64,000 nt of DNA, from the NCBI GenBank assembly GCA_964187785.1, contig OZ076409.1, positions 16,556,001-16,620,000 on the forward strand, given 5' to 3'. Numbering within the stretch: position 1 is the stretch's first letter; each line of letters opens with the position of its first letter. Below the pieces are notes generated by a model that saw only the letters and a program-made list of their open reading frames with translations, made no database searches and was not told where the DNA came from. Below are positions 10,584 to 22,933 of this stretch, one piece after another. A program made the translations under genes and the position numbers. Origin of the DNA: Amphiscolops sp. MND2022 (taxonomy: Eukaryota).

Positions 10584-11369
10584 TTTTTGTCAGAAATGTG
10601 GTTTAACTTCGGTGACAGTTTTGCAAAAGGGGTCAAATTGAAAAGATAGCAAAAAACGGACAACGCCATTAGAAAGAGCGTCCAAAAAAACCCCCATGCT
10701 GAAATTTTCGCCGCCATCACTTGAATTTTCATTGAGTTATGTCATTTTTACTATTTTCACAAAATGTGGTTTAACTTCGGTGACAGTTTTGCAAAAGGGG
10801 TCAAAATGAACAGATAGCAAAAAACGGACAACGGCATTGGAAAGAGGGCCCAAAATTACCCCTAAAACGTGTTTTTCACACTCCTGAGTCGACTTTTGAT
10901 ATTACATGGAATTTCATTTTTAAGCTTACTAATTTATGCTTTTCAGCATACATTTTCGTAATAGAGTCAAAATTTTGCTTTCTCACAATTTTTCTGGAAT
11001 ATTTTTGTTTCATCAGATGTCAATAACTTGAAACGTCGTCTTTTCATGAGAATTTCTCCTCAAAACAAGTTGTTGGCTGGTAATGGTAAGTCCGTACCGC
11101 AGATAGGAGTCTCGCGCTCCAAAAATTGACTCTTTGCTTTTAGCCTAATTGTTGTGATAAACTTATTAAATAGGTAAGTATTCCAACCCTATTGATAAGT
11201 TTTATTTGAAAGCAGACTGCGAAAGTGGTCTGCTGCCCAATTTTTTGAACAAGGAACAAGCTAGTCTGCACTAACTTAAAAGTTACGCGTATTTTGACCG
11301 AGAAAATTTTCGTATCATTGTACGTAATTTTGTTGTTAAGCATATAAAGCTATTGATTTTACAATGATC

Positions 11370-11488
11370 GGCTACGACCATACCATGTTGAATGCACCGG
11401 TTCTCGTCCGATCACCGAAGTTAAACAACATAGGGCCTGGTTAGTACTTGGATGGGAGACCGCTTGGGAACACCAGGTGTTGTAGCCT
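11370..11488 (+). rRNA. 5S rRNA
   Basis: As 876-994. Confidence 0.98.
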
Positions 11489-12274
11489 TTTTTGTCAGAA
11501 ATGTGGTTTAACTTCGGTGACAGTTTTGCAAAAGGGGTCAAATTGAAAAGATAGCAAAAAACGGACAACGCCATTAGAAAGAGCGTCCAAAAAAACCCCC
11601 ATGCTGAAATTTTCGCCGCCATCACTTGAATTTTCATTGAGTTATGTCATTTTTACTATTTTCACAAAATGTGGTTTAACTTCGGTGACAGTTTTGCAAA
11701 AGGGGTCAAAATGAACAGATAGCAAAAAACGGACAACGGCATTGGAAAGAGGGCCCAAAATTACCCCTAAAACGTGTTTTTCACACTCCTGAGTAGACTT
11801 TTGATAATACATGGAATTTCATTTTTAAGCTTACTAATTTATGCTTTTCAGCATACATTTTCGTAATAGAGTCAAAATTTTGCTTTCTCACAATTTTTCT
11901 GGAATATTTTTGTTTCATCAGATGTCAATAACTTGAAACGTCGTCTTTTCATGAGAATTTCTCCTCAAAACAAGTTGTTGGCTGGTAATGGTAAGTCCGT
12001 ACCGCAGATAGGAGTCTCGCGCTCCAAAAATTGACTCTTTGCTTTTAGCCTAATTGTTGTGATAAACTTATTAAATAGGTAAGTATTCCAACCCTATTGA
12101 TAAGTTTTATTTGAAAGCAGACTGCGAAAGTGGTCTGCTGCCCAATTTTTTGAACAAGGAACAAGCTAGTCTGCACTAACTTAAAAGTTACGCGTATTTT
12201 GACCGAGAAAATTTTCGTATCATTGTACGTAATTTTGTTGTTAAGCATATAAAGCTATTGATTTTACAATGATC

Positions 12275-12393
12275 GGCTACGACCATACCATGTTGAATGC
12301 ACCGGTTTTCGTCCGATCACCGAAGTTAAACAACATAGGGCCTGGTTAGTACTTGGATGGGAGACCGCTTGGGAACACCAGGTGTTGTAGCCT
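12275..12393 (+). rRNA. 5S rRNA (C>T variant at 12308)
   Basis: As 876-994 with one substitution. Confidence 0.95.
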
Positions 12394-13179
12394 TTTTTGT
12401 CAGAAATGTGGTTTAACTTCGGTGACAGTTTTGCAAAAGGGGTCAAATTGAAAAGATAGCAAAAAACGGACAACGCCATTAGAAAGAGCGTCCAAAAAAA
12501 CCCCCATGCTGAAATTTTCGCCGCCATCACTTGAATTTTCATTGAGTTATGTCATTTTTACTATTTTCACAAAATGTGGTTTAACTTCGGTGACAGTTTT
12601 GCAAAAGGGGTCAAAATGAACAGATAGCAAAAAACGGACAACGGCATTGGAAAGAGGGCCCAAAATTACCCCTAAAACGTGTTTTTCACACTCCTGAGTA
12701 GACTTTTGATAATACATGGAATTTCATTTTTAAGCTTACTAATTTATGCTTTTCAGCATACATTTTCGTAATAGAGTCAAAATTTTGCTTTCTCACAATT
12801 TTTCTGGAATATTTTTGTTTCATCAGATGTCAATAACTTGAAACGTCGTCTTTTCATGAGAATTTCTCCTCAAAACAAGTTGTTGGCTGGTAATGGTAAG
12901 TCCGTACCGCAGATAGGAGTCTCGCGCTCCAAAAATTGACTCTTTGCTTTTAGCCTAATTGTTGTGATAAACTTATTAAATAGGTAAGTATTCCAACCCT
13001 ATTGATAAGTTTTATTTGAAAGCAGACTGCGAAAGTGGTCTGCTGCCCAATTTTTTGAACAAGGAACAAGCTAGTCTGCACTAACTTAAAAGTTACGCGT
13101 ATTTTGACCGAGAAAATTTTCGTATCATTGTACGTAATTTTGTTGTTAAGCATATAAAGCTATTGATTTTACAATGATC

Positions 13180-13298
13180 GGCTACGACCATACCATGTTG
13201 AATGCACCGGTTCTCGTCCGATCACCGAAGTTAAACAACATAGGGCCTGGTTAGTACTTGGATGGGAGACCGCTTGGGAACACCAGGTGTTGTAGCCT
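13180..13298 (+). rRNA. 5S rRNA
   Basis: As 876-994. Confidence 0.98.
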
Positions 13299-13880
13299 TT
13301 TTTGTCAGAAATGTGGTTTAACTTCGGTGACAGTTTTGCAAAAGGGGTCAAATTGAAAAGATAGCAAAAAACGGACAACGCCATTAGAAAGAGCGTCCAA
13401 AAAAACCCCCATGCTGAAATTTTCGCCGCCATCACTTGAATTTTCATTGAGTTATGTCATTTTTACTATTTTCACAAAATGTGGTTTAACTTCGGTGACA
13501 GTTTTGCAAAAGGGGTCAAAATGAACAGATAGCAAAAAACGGACAACGGCATTGGAAAGAGGGCCCAAAATTACCCCTAAAACGTGTTTTTCACACTCCT
13601 GAGTCGACTTTTGATAATACATGGAATTTCATTTTTAAGCTTACTAATTTATGCTTTTCAGCATACATTTTCGTAATAGAGTCAAAATTTTGCTTTCTCA
13701 CAATTTTTCTGGAATATTTTTGTTTCATCAGATGTCAATAACTTGAAACGTCGTCTTTTCATGAGAATTTCTCCTCAAAACAAGTTGTTGGCTGGTAATG
13801 GTAAGTCCGTACCGCAGATAGGAGTCTCGCGCTCCAAAAATTGACTCTTTGCTTTTAGCCTAATTGTTGTGAAAGCTTTG

Positions 13881-14070
13881 ATCCCTGAAGTCTGAGCCCT
13901 AGCCCCTTCAGTGGAACAGTTGACACCTCAAATAGTTTAAAAGCCACTGCGCCAGCTGTGATTTCTCTAGATCCCTGAAGTCGAGCCCTAGCCCCTGAGG
14001 TGGATCGAAAAATCAAAGCTGAGGGAGAAACTGGCTGTATCCCTGAAGTCGAGCCCTAGCCCCTTCAGTG
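13881..14070 (+). repeat. Three copies of ATCCCTGAAGTC(T)GAGCCCTAGCCCCT in family B 5'UTR
   Basis: At ~13881, 13971 and 14039; also present in B2 at ~46672-46860. Confidence 0.9.
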
Positions 14071-14136
14071 CGATCGTTGGTGGAGACCCCCGCTTTTTGC
14101 AACTTTTTTTACCCGCTTTTTTCATAAAACCTCAAA

Positions 14137-15557
14137 ATGCCTCCTAAAAACTTCCTAGAAACAGCCTCTAGCAAAAAGAAATTTGAATCTTATAAACAAG
14201 GATCGAGAAGAAACTCAACATCAAATCTAACATCAAACATACCCAACCCTGAAGGTAAATATAACGGACCAGCTGAACGAAATCGTCTTTTGAAAGAAAA
14301 GGAAGAAGAAGAACAGAGAAAACTGAAGATTGACAAAATGATTGAAGAGACAAGGGAGGAATTTCCACCGATAGAAGGTTCCAGCAAACCACAATCACCA
14401 CAGCCTAAAAGCCAACAACAGCATGAAATACAAAACGAACAACGCCCAAAACAACAGCAGCTTCAACCTCAGCCCGACATTAGTAACAGCCAAAACAGCT
14501 ACAGTAATGCTGTCTGTAATCAAAAAACGTAGTCGTAAACAAAATCTTCCGGTTGAAAATTGTACCTCTTTTTCGCAAAGAACATTTCGAAAACAAAAAT
14601 GCCCTCGAAACTGAGATAGCAAAAGCTTATGCTGAAATCCTAAAACCATTCAAACCTCAAGTGCGAATGTACATTACAATTTCGAGAACTATTGAAGAAA
14701 AATGGGGAAAACGACTTCACATTTTACATGTAACTGCCCCTGAAGAAGCGGAAGAAGACATCGAAAACATTAAAACTAAAGGTTTACAAATAATGGGCAG
14801 AACAGTATTTCCAACTGGAGACGATTTTTACCAAGTTCGTAATAGTCAATTTCCCCGAAAAGTGTGGGTAAAGATTAACAATTTGCCGTTTCTTTGCAGC
14901 GATGAAGTTTTACTCAGTCTACTAGACCTCCCAGAAGGAGTTGAGATTAGTGAAAATGTAACAAGAGAAACGATACAAACTGAAAATGGCACCATCCACA
15001 ACGGAAAGGCTAAACTGTCAGTTGTGGTCCCAGACAGTGAAAAACTCAAAGAACTCAAACAGTGGTCTTTGGAGAAAAGTCACATTTGCGTCACAAAATG
15101 GTTCGAAATTCCGATTTATATGTCGACCCCAAGCCTGCACAAATGTGACGCTTGTGAAAAAGAAAATCGGAAATCGTACATTGGCCACGACATAGCGTGG
15201 TGCAGGGTTTTAAGGAAACCTGAAAAAACTGAGGAAGCTCCCGAAAGCTGCCAAGAAGAAACAGCGGACGAGTCACAAGCTGAACAAGAAAACGAAGTAT
15301 GGGCTGACGCACCAACAAAATCCTTTCCAAACACAAACAAAAAGAACAAGAAAAGATCGAAGTCGAAATCCAAAGAGACCACCAGCCCTGGATTGATGCA
15401 GCAGAATAAATTTCAGCTTCTTTCTACATCCAGTGACCAACCTGAAGCAATTCTAAGCGCAACGTCAACAATACAAGTCCAGCCACCAAATCCAAAGAAC
15501 CCGCAGCACCCGGAAACGCCCTGTGAAGCACCCCTGGAAAGAAGCGACCATGGATGA
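14137..15557 (+). pseudogene. ORF1 of B1, frameshifted
   Basis: A6 at 14522-14527 versus A7 in B2 splits the 473-aa ORF1 into 14137-14532 and 14553-15557; could be a homopolymer sequencing error. Confidence 0.8.
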
Positions 15558-18500
15558 AGAAATAGAAATTTTTTCAATTAATGCTAGAGGATTAGCCTCA
15601 AATAAATCAAAATTAATTGAGATTTGCAACATTGTTAAGAAAAATAAAAAACATGAAACATTTTATGTACTGATACAAGAGACTAAGCTGGAAAAAATGA
15701 AACCGGAACTTCTTAAAATAATTCAATATAACAATTTGTCTTTTCAAATAGTTCCCTCAGAAAATAAAAGTGGAGGTCTAATGATACTTTATGATAAAAA
15801 CACCGAAATAGAATTACTTGACAAGAACCAATGTTCCCTAACAATTCGAGACAAAAAATCGGATTCAATAATTATAAATACTTATGTGAATCCAAAACAG
15901 TACAATTTTCAGCCTCTCAAAGATACTATTGAAACACTAGAACTAACATGTGATCAAACTATTTATATGGGAGGTGATTTCAATGCCATCGATCCTTCAG
16001 ATATCAATGAAGAAAACAAAACGTTCAATATGACTGTAAAATCAAATGATATTCGACTATTGCGATCCAAAAAACTAATACATTTGAACTCAAGTCTCCT
16101 TCTGATAGATCTTGCGCAACTCTTACAGAATCGCCAACCAACGCATTTTGAAACACGGTCTGGAAAACAAAGCCGCATCGATTATATTTTTAGTAATAAC
16201 CAAAATCTCACCATCGAAAAAAACAGGATCGAAACATTGCCCTTTGCTTTTTCCGACCACAAATGCCTCCACCTTTTTCGAAATAGCAACTATCAGTATT
16301 CTCAAAAACTTTGGAAGCTCGATAACATTGTATTTAACTATCCGGAGAAAGTGAAGGAAATACTAGAAACATCTAAAGTCGCATCCGAAAAATTTGGGAA
16401 CATTGTGTCTTGTCATGATATCTTTAAAGCGAAATTAAGAGATCAACTAAAATACTTTAGTGCTACAAGCAGAAAGATGCTAGTGAAACAAAAAGAAAAA
16501 ATTCAGATGGATATTGAAAAACTCGAAGAAAATTGTTCTAAGGGAAATTGTTCTGACCAACAGATCAAACAGAACTTAGAGCACCTGACATGCCTCAAAA
16601 ATAATCTTCAATTGATCAAAAATGAAGAATCTGAAAATTCATTTCAACAAATCAAAAACTTCTTCAGGGAAGCCAATGATGGAAACACAAAAAATATCAA
16701 ATGCTTAGCAAAAGCCTCAAGCTTAGCTAAGGATATCAAAAAGATTGAAAAACAAGATGGATCATTCACAGAAGATCCTGACGAAATTTTAAATGAATTC
16801 AAATCTTTTTATGAGAAACTTAGCCAACCAAAATGGAAACCAACAGAAACATCCTCGAAATCTCAGGATAAATTCATTGAAAAGTTTTTTAAACAAAAAA
16901 GGAAAAGCATTGAAAACATTGAAAAATTGTTCAAAGAAACGTTGGAGGACCCCGACAACGAAATCACAGTATATGAAGTTGAAAAAGCTATCTCTAAACT
17001 GAACTCAAACAGTGCTCCTGGATCGGATGGACTTACAAGTCAATTATACCAAAACCACAAAAACTTTTTTGCCCCGTATCTTTCAAATCTATTCAATAAA
17101 ATCAATGAAAATGGAGAAGTTCCGGACTCATTTAAACATGCAATCATCAAAGTAATTCCTAAGAAGAATAATTCACTGAAGGTATCCGAATTTCGGCCAA
17201 TTAGTCTCATTAATACGGATCAAAAAATTCTTTCTCATGTTCTAGCAGAAAGACTTAAACCTATTTTATCAATATTAATTGGTAATCATCAAAACGCTCA
17301 TTTACCAAATAGAAATATACACATTGCCATACAAAAAATTCAGCATTACGCCCATGAAACTACTCGTAGTCAATCACTTATCGCTATTGACTTCAGTAAA
17401 GCTTTCGACTGTGTAGAACGTAGCTTTTTACAAAAACTGATTGAAAAAAGTCCAATCGATAAATTTACTCAAGAAATGATTTTACTTACGTACAAGGATA
17501 CTTATGCTTTCATTGGAATGAAAAATGGAATTTCCACAAAATTCAAAATAGATAGAGGGGTGAGACAAGGCTGTCCTCTCTCAGCACTGATTTTCAATCT
17601 TTGCCTCGAACCTCTTCTACAAAGAATTCAAAAATCAAAATACATAAAATCAAAACAACAAACAAAATGTATCGCCTACGCAGATGATATAACGATCAGC
17701 CTCTACAACAAATCTCTTCGGAAGCTATTGATTATATTGGATCATTTTCACGAAATAGCAGGCTTAGAAGTTAATTTAGCCAAAACTGAAATCCTTTCGA
17801 AAGCGGACAAATTATTTGTATCGGAAAAACTAACAAGAGTTACCACAACAAAAATTCTTGGAGTTTACATTTCGCTGAATAAAACTCTCAAAAAAGAAAC
17901 CAAGAACGCAATAACGAATGCTTTTAACTCAGCAGAAAAATTCATATTAAAAAATAGTTCGTTCCGCGCGAGAGCTAGAAATATTGAGACTTTTATCTAC
18001 TCGAAATTAATTCATCATCTGAGACACGAAAATTTGTACAAAAAGTTTCTTCGAAAAGTTCAATCGAAAATAATAGATGTTTTCTGGCTGTACAAAAAAC
18101 ACAATGTTAAAAAAGAAATTCTTGAGCTACCAATTGAAGAGGGCGGAGTAAACCTCAAGAACTTCTCAAAATACTACCTAACTGCCAAGATTATGAACTT
18201 GAAGTTTCTAGCGGTTAACCCAAAGGAGAGAAAATACATACAAGAATTGAAGAAATCAAAATTTTTTTCAGAATTAGAAAAACACTTCGAAAAGGAACAC
18301 ATTGAAATCCTGGAACTGAAACCAGAAGAATTTACAATCCAACATCATTTCACCACGCTTAATATAACAAAAGAAACAACTTCGAAAGAAATTTATACTT
18401 TTTTGAACAACTCCTCAATAAACGTCCCACCGTCTCTAAAAACTGAAGTCACAGCAACAAAACAAAATATAGCATCCGAAATTTTAAACTCAGTTACAAA

Positions 18501-18876
18501 GAACATCTGGAAAAACAAAAAACTCACTTCGTTTGATAAAAACTATCTTTACTGCTTCCTAATGAACTCGTATCTAGATAAACAGGACAAGTGGCTTAAA
18601 AATCTTGTTCTCCAACCACTATGTTTCGCATGTGAAGCAGAATTTGAAACATGGGACCATTTAATGTTTTCGTGTAAAAAATTGAAAACGTTAACAATGA
18701 AGTTAAACGTTTTTTCATGGAAGGAAATATGGCTTGATCGAAGTTGTCTCTCTCGAAAACTCCTTGTAGCAATAATGCTCTCGTCGTGGACGGAATCAAT
18801 TGGAGACTACTTAAAATATTTTCTAGAACGAATGAAAGTAATACTAATACCAGTTGCAAATCTATCTGATAATTGA
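15550..18876 (+). CDS. ORF2 of B1: APE, RT and CCHC finger
   Basis: ATG at 15550 (MDEEIEIFSINARGL) as in B2; IQET, GGDFN, SRIDY, SDH, PGSDG, DFSKAFD, GVRQGCP, YADD, CFAC..H..C. Confidence 0.97.
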   Translation: MDEEIEIFSINARGLASNKSKLIEICNIVKKNKKHETFYVLIQETKLEKMKPELLKIIQYNNLSFQIVPSENKSGGLMILYDKNTEIELLDKNQCSLTIRDKKSDSIIINTYVNPKQYNFQPLKDTIETLELTCDQTIYMGGDFNAIDPSDINEENKTFNMTVKSNDIRLLRSKKLIHLNSSLLLIDLAQLLQNRQPTHFETRSGKQSRIDYIFSNNQNLTIEKNRIETLPFAFSDHKCLHLFRNSNYQYSQKLWKLDNIVFNYPEKVKEILETSKVASEKFGNIVSCHDIFKAKLRDQLKYFSATSRKMLVKQKEKIQMDIEKLEENCSKGNCSDQQIKQNLEHLTCLKNNLQLIKNEESENSFQQIKNFFREANDGNTKNIKCLAKASSLAKDIKKIEKQDGSFTEDPDEILNEFKSFYEKLSQPKWKPTETSSKSQDKFIEKFFKQKRKSIENIEKLFKETLEDPDNEITVYEVEKAISKLNSNSAPGSDGLTSQLYQNHKNFFAPYLSNLFNKINENGEVPDSFKHAIIKVIPKKNNSLKVSEFRPISLINTDQKILSHVLAERLKPILSILIGNHQNAHLPNRNIHIAIQKIQHYAHETTRSQSLIAIDFSKAFDCVERSFLQKLIEKSPIDKFTQEMILLTYKDTYAFIGMKNGISTKFKIDRGVRQGCPLSALIFNLCLEPLLQRIQKSKYIKSKQQTKCIAYADDITISLYNKSLRKLLIILDHFHEIAGLEVNLAKTEILSKADKLFVSEKLTRVTTTKILGVYISLNKTLKKETKNAITNAFNSAEKFILKNSSFRARARNIETFIYSKLIHHLRHENLYKKFLRKVQSKIIDVFWLYKKHNVKKEILELPIEEGGVNLKNFSKYYLTAKIMNLKFLAVNPKERKYIQELKKSKFFSELEKHFEKEHIEILELKPEEFTIQHHFTTLNITKETTSKEIYTFLNNSSINVPPSLKTEVTATKQNIASEILNSVTKNIWKNKKLTSFDKNYLYCFLMNSYLDKQDKWLKNLVLQPLCFACEAEFETWDHLMFSCKKLKTLTMKLNVFSWKEIWLDRSCLSRKLLVAIMLSSWTESIGDYLKYFLERMKVILIPVANLSDN

Positions 18877-18966
18877 AGATATGATGCGATTCTAATCTAA
18901 TAAATTCCATATTGATCTTTTGTAAAAAAAGGGTTGATATTATTCATGATTAATTGAATTTTTGAA

Positions 18967-19075
18967 AGCCTAATTGTTGTGATAAACTTATTAAATAGGT
19001 AAGTATTCCAACCCTATTGATAAGTTTTATTTGAAAGCAGACTGCGAAAGTGGTCTGCTGCCCAATTTTTTGAAC
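18967..19075 (+). ncRNA. SL RNA sequence regenerated downstream of element B1, separated from its upstream flank
   Basis: Complete SL sequence begins with the 3' TSD. Confidence 0.75.
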
Positions 19076-19194
19076 AAGGAACAAGCTAGTCTGCACTAAC
19101 TTAAAAGTTACGCGTATTTTGACCGAGAAAATTTTCGTATCATTGTACGTAATTTTGTTGTTAAGCATATAAAGCTATTGATTTTACAATGATC

Positions 19195-19313
19195 GGCTAC
19201 GACCATACCATGTTGAATGCACCGGTTCTCGTCCGATCACCGAAGTTAAACAACATAGGGCCTGGTTAGTACTTGGATGGGAGACCGCTTGGGAACACCA
19301 GGTGTTGTAGCCT
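19195..19313 (+). rRNA. 5S rRNA
   Basis: As 876-994. Confidence 0.98.
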
Positions 19314-20099
19314 TTTTTGTCAGAAATGTGGTTTAACTTCGGTGACAGTTTTGCAAAAGGGGTCAAATTGAAAAGATAGCAAAAAACGGACAACGCCATT
19401 AGAAAGAGCGTCCAAAAAAACCCCCATGCTGAAATTTTCGCCGCCATCACTTGAATTTTCATTGAGTTATGTCATTTTTACTATTTTCACAAAATGTGGT
19501 TTAACTTCGGTGACAGTTTTGCAAAAGGGGTCAAAATGAACAGATAGCAAAAAACGGACAACGGCATTGGAAAGAGGGCCCAAAATTACCCCTAAAACGT
19601 GTTTTTCACACTCCTGAGTCGACTTTTGATAATACATGGAATTTCATTTTTAAGCTTACTAATTTATGCTTTTCAGCATACATTTTCGTAATAGAGTCAA
19701 AATTTTGCTTTCTCACAATTTTTCTGGAATATTTTTGTTTCATCAGATGTCAATAACTTGAAACGTCGTCTTTTCATGAGAATTTCTCCTCAAAACAAGT
19801 TGTTGGCTGGTAATGGTAAGTCCGTACCGCAGATAGGAGTCTCGCGCTCCAAAAATTGACTCTTTGCTTTTAGCCTAATTGTTGTGATAAACTTATTAAA
19901 TAGGTAAGTATTCCAACCCTATTGATAAGTTTTATTTGAAAGCAGACTGCGAAAGTGGTCTGCTGCCCAATTTTTCGAACAAGGAACAAGCTAGTCTGCA
20001 CTAACTTAAAAGTTACGCGTATTTTGACCGAGAAAATTTTCGTATCATTGTACGTAATTTTGTTGTTAAGCATATAAAGCTATTGATTTTACAATGATC

Positions 20100-20218
20100 G
20101 GCTACGACCATACCATGTTGAATGCACCGGTTCTCGTCCGATCACCGAAGTTAAACAACATAGGGCCTGGTTAGTACTTGGATGGGAGACCGCTTGGGAA
20201 CACCAGGTGTTGTAGCCT
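20100..20218 (+). rRNA. 5S rRNA
   Basis: As 876-994. Confidence 0.98.
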
Positions 20219-21004
20219 TTTTTGTCAGAAATGTGGTTTAACTTCGGTGACAGTTTTGCAAAAGGGGTCAAATTGAAAAGATAGCAAAAAACGGACAACG
20301 CCATTAGAAAGAGCGTCCAAAAAAACCCCCATGCTGAAATTTTCGCCGCCATCACTTGAATTTTCATTGAGTTATGTCATTTTTACTATTTTCACAAAAT
20401 GTGGTTTAACTTCGGTGACAGTTTTGCAAAAGGGGTCAAAATGAACAGATAGCAAAAAACGGACAACGGCATTGGAAAGAGGGCCCAAAATTACCCCTAA
20501 AACGTGTTTTTCACACTCCTGAGTAGACTTTTGATAATACATGGAATTTCATTTTTAAGCTTACTAATTTATGCTTTTCAGCATACATTTTCGTAATAGA
20601 GTCAAAATTTTGCTTTCTCACAATTTTTCTGGAATATTTTTGTTTCATCAGATGTCAATAACTTGAAACGTCGTCTTTTCATGAGAATTTCTCCTCAAAA
20701 CAAGTTGTTGGCTGGTAATGGTAAGTCCGTACCGCAGATAGGAGTCTCGCGCTCCAAAAATTGACTCTTTGCTTTTAGCCTAATTGTTGTGATAAACTTA
20801 TTAAATAGGTAAGTATTCCAACCCTATTGATAAGTTTTATTTGAAAGCAGACTGCGAAAATGGTCTGCTGCCCAATTTTTTGAACAAGGAACAAGCTAGT
20901 CTGCACTAACTTAAAAGTTACGCGTATTTTGACCGAGAAAATTTTCGTATCATTGTACGTAATTTTGTTGTTAAGCATATAAAGCTATTGATTTTACAAT
21001 GATC

Positions 21005-21123
21005 GGCTACGACCATACCATGTTGAATGCACCGGTTCTCGTCCGATCACCGAAGTTAAACAACATAGGGCCTGGTTAGTACTTGGATGGGAGACCGCTT
21101 GGGAACACCAGGTGTTGTAGCCT
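21005..21123 (+). rRNA. 5S rRNA
   Basis: As 876-994. Confidence 0.98.
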
Positions 21124-21909
21124 TTTTTGTCAGAAATGTGGTTTAACTTCGGTGACAGTTTTGCAAAAGGGGTCAAATTGAAAAGATAGCAAAAAACGGA
21201 CAACGCCATTAGAAAGAGCGTCCAAAAAAACCCCCATGCTGAAATTTTCGCCGCCATCACTTGAATTTTCATTGAGTTATGTCATTTTTACTATTTTCAC
21301 AAAATGTGGTTTAACTTCGGTGACAGTTTTGCAAAAGGGGTCAAAATGAACAGATAGCAAAAAACGGACAACGGCATTGGAAAGAGGGCCCAAAATTACC
21401 CCTAAAACGTGTTTTTCACACTCCTGAGTCGACTTTTGATAATACATGGAATTTCATTTTTAAGCTTACTAATTTATGCTTTTCAGCATACATTTTCGTA
21501 ATAGAGTCAAAATTTTGCTTTCTCACAATTTTTCTGGAATATTTTTGTTTCATCAGATGTCAATAACTTGAAACGTCGTCTTTTCATGAGAATTTCTCCT
21601 CAAAACAAGTTGTTGGCTGGTAATGGTAAGTCCGTACCGCAGATAGGAGTCTCGCGCTCCAAAAATTGACTCTTTGCTTTTAGCCTAATTGTTGTGATAA
21701 ACTTATTAAATAGGTAAGTATTCCAACCCTATTGATAAGTTTTATTTGAAAGCAGACTGCGAAAGTGGTCTGCTGCCCAATTTTTCGAACAAGGAACAAG
21801 CTAGTCTGCACTAACTTAAAAGTTACGCGTATTTTGACCGAGAAAATTTTCGTATCATTGTACGTAATTTTGTTGTTAAGCATATAAAGCTATTGATTTT
21901 ACAATGATC

Positions 21910-22028
21910 GGCTACGACCATACCATGTTGAATGCACCGGTTCTCGTCCGATCACCGAAGTTAAACAACATAGGGCCTGGTTAGTACTTGGATGGGAGAC
22001 CGCTTGGGAACACCAGGTGTTGTAGCCT
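21910..22028 (+). rRNA. 5S rRNA
   Basis: As 876-994. Confidence 0.98.
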
Positions 22029-22814
22029 TTTTTGTCAGAAATGTGGTTTAACTTCGGTGACAGTTTTGCAAAAGGGGTCAAATTGAAAAGATAGCAAAAA
22101 ACGGACAACGCCATTAGAAAGAGCGTCCAAAAAAACCCCCATGCTGAAATTTTCGCCGCCATCACTTGAATTTTCATTGAGTTATGTCATTTTTACTATT
22201 TTCACAAAATGTGGTTTAACTTCGGTGACAGTTTTGCAAAAGGGGTCAAAATGAACAGATAGCAAAAAACGGACAACGGCATTGGAAAGAGGGCCCAAAA
22301 TTACCCCTAAAACGTGTTTTTCACACTCCTGAGTAGACTTTTGATAATACATGGAATTTCATTTTTAAGCTTACTAATTTATGCTTTTCAGCATACATTT
22401 TCGTAATAGAGTCAAAATTTTGCTTTCTCACAATTTTTCTGGAATATTTTTGTTTCATCAGATGTCAATAACTTGAAACGTCGTCTTTTCATGAGAATTT
22501 CTCCTCAAAACAAGTTGTTGGCTGGTAATGGTAAGTCCGTACCGCAGATAGGAGTCTCGCGCTCCAAAAATTGACTCTTTGCTTTTAGCCTAATTGTTGT
22601 GATAAACTTATTAAATAGGTAAGTATTCCAACCCTATTGATAAGTTTTATTTGAAAGCAGACTGCGAAAGTGGTCTGCTGCCCAATTTTTTGAACAAGGA
22701 ACAAGCTAGTCTGCACTAACTTAAAAGTTACGCGTATTTTGACCGAGAAAATTTTCGTATCATTGTACGTAATTTTGTTGTTAAGCATATAAAGCTATTG
22801 ATTTTACAATGATC

Positions 22815-22933
22815 GGCTACGACCATACCATGTTGAATGCACCGGTTCTCGTCCGATCACCGAAGTTAAACAACATAGGGCCTGGTTAGTACTTGGATGG
22901 GAGACCGCTTGGGAACACCAGGTGTTGTAGCCT
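22815..22933 (+). rRNA. 5S rRNA
   Basis: As 876-994. Confidence 0.98.

Larger units (their letters stand above)
13873..18966 (+). mobile_element. Non-LTR retrotransposon family B, copy B1 (full length), inserted at SL 5' end
   Basis: TSD AGCCTAATTGTTGTGA at 13857-13872 and 18967-18982; 5'UTR, ORF1, ORF2; ends ...TTTTTGAA. Confidence 0.95.

Noticed and set aside
14015..14040. Hammerhead ribozyme in the B 5'UTR (CTGAGGGAGAAAC)
   Set aside because: Core does not fit CUGANGA-stem II-GAAA; stems could not be assembled by eye
15523..15549. Upstream non-ATG start of B1 ORF2 (and 36870 for C)
   Set aside because: ORF-caller alternative starts; APE domains begin just after the ATGs at 15550 and 36909
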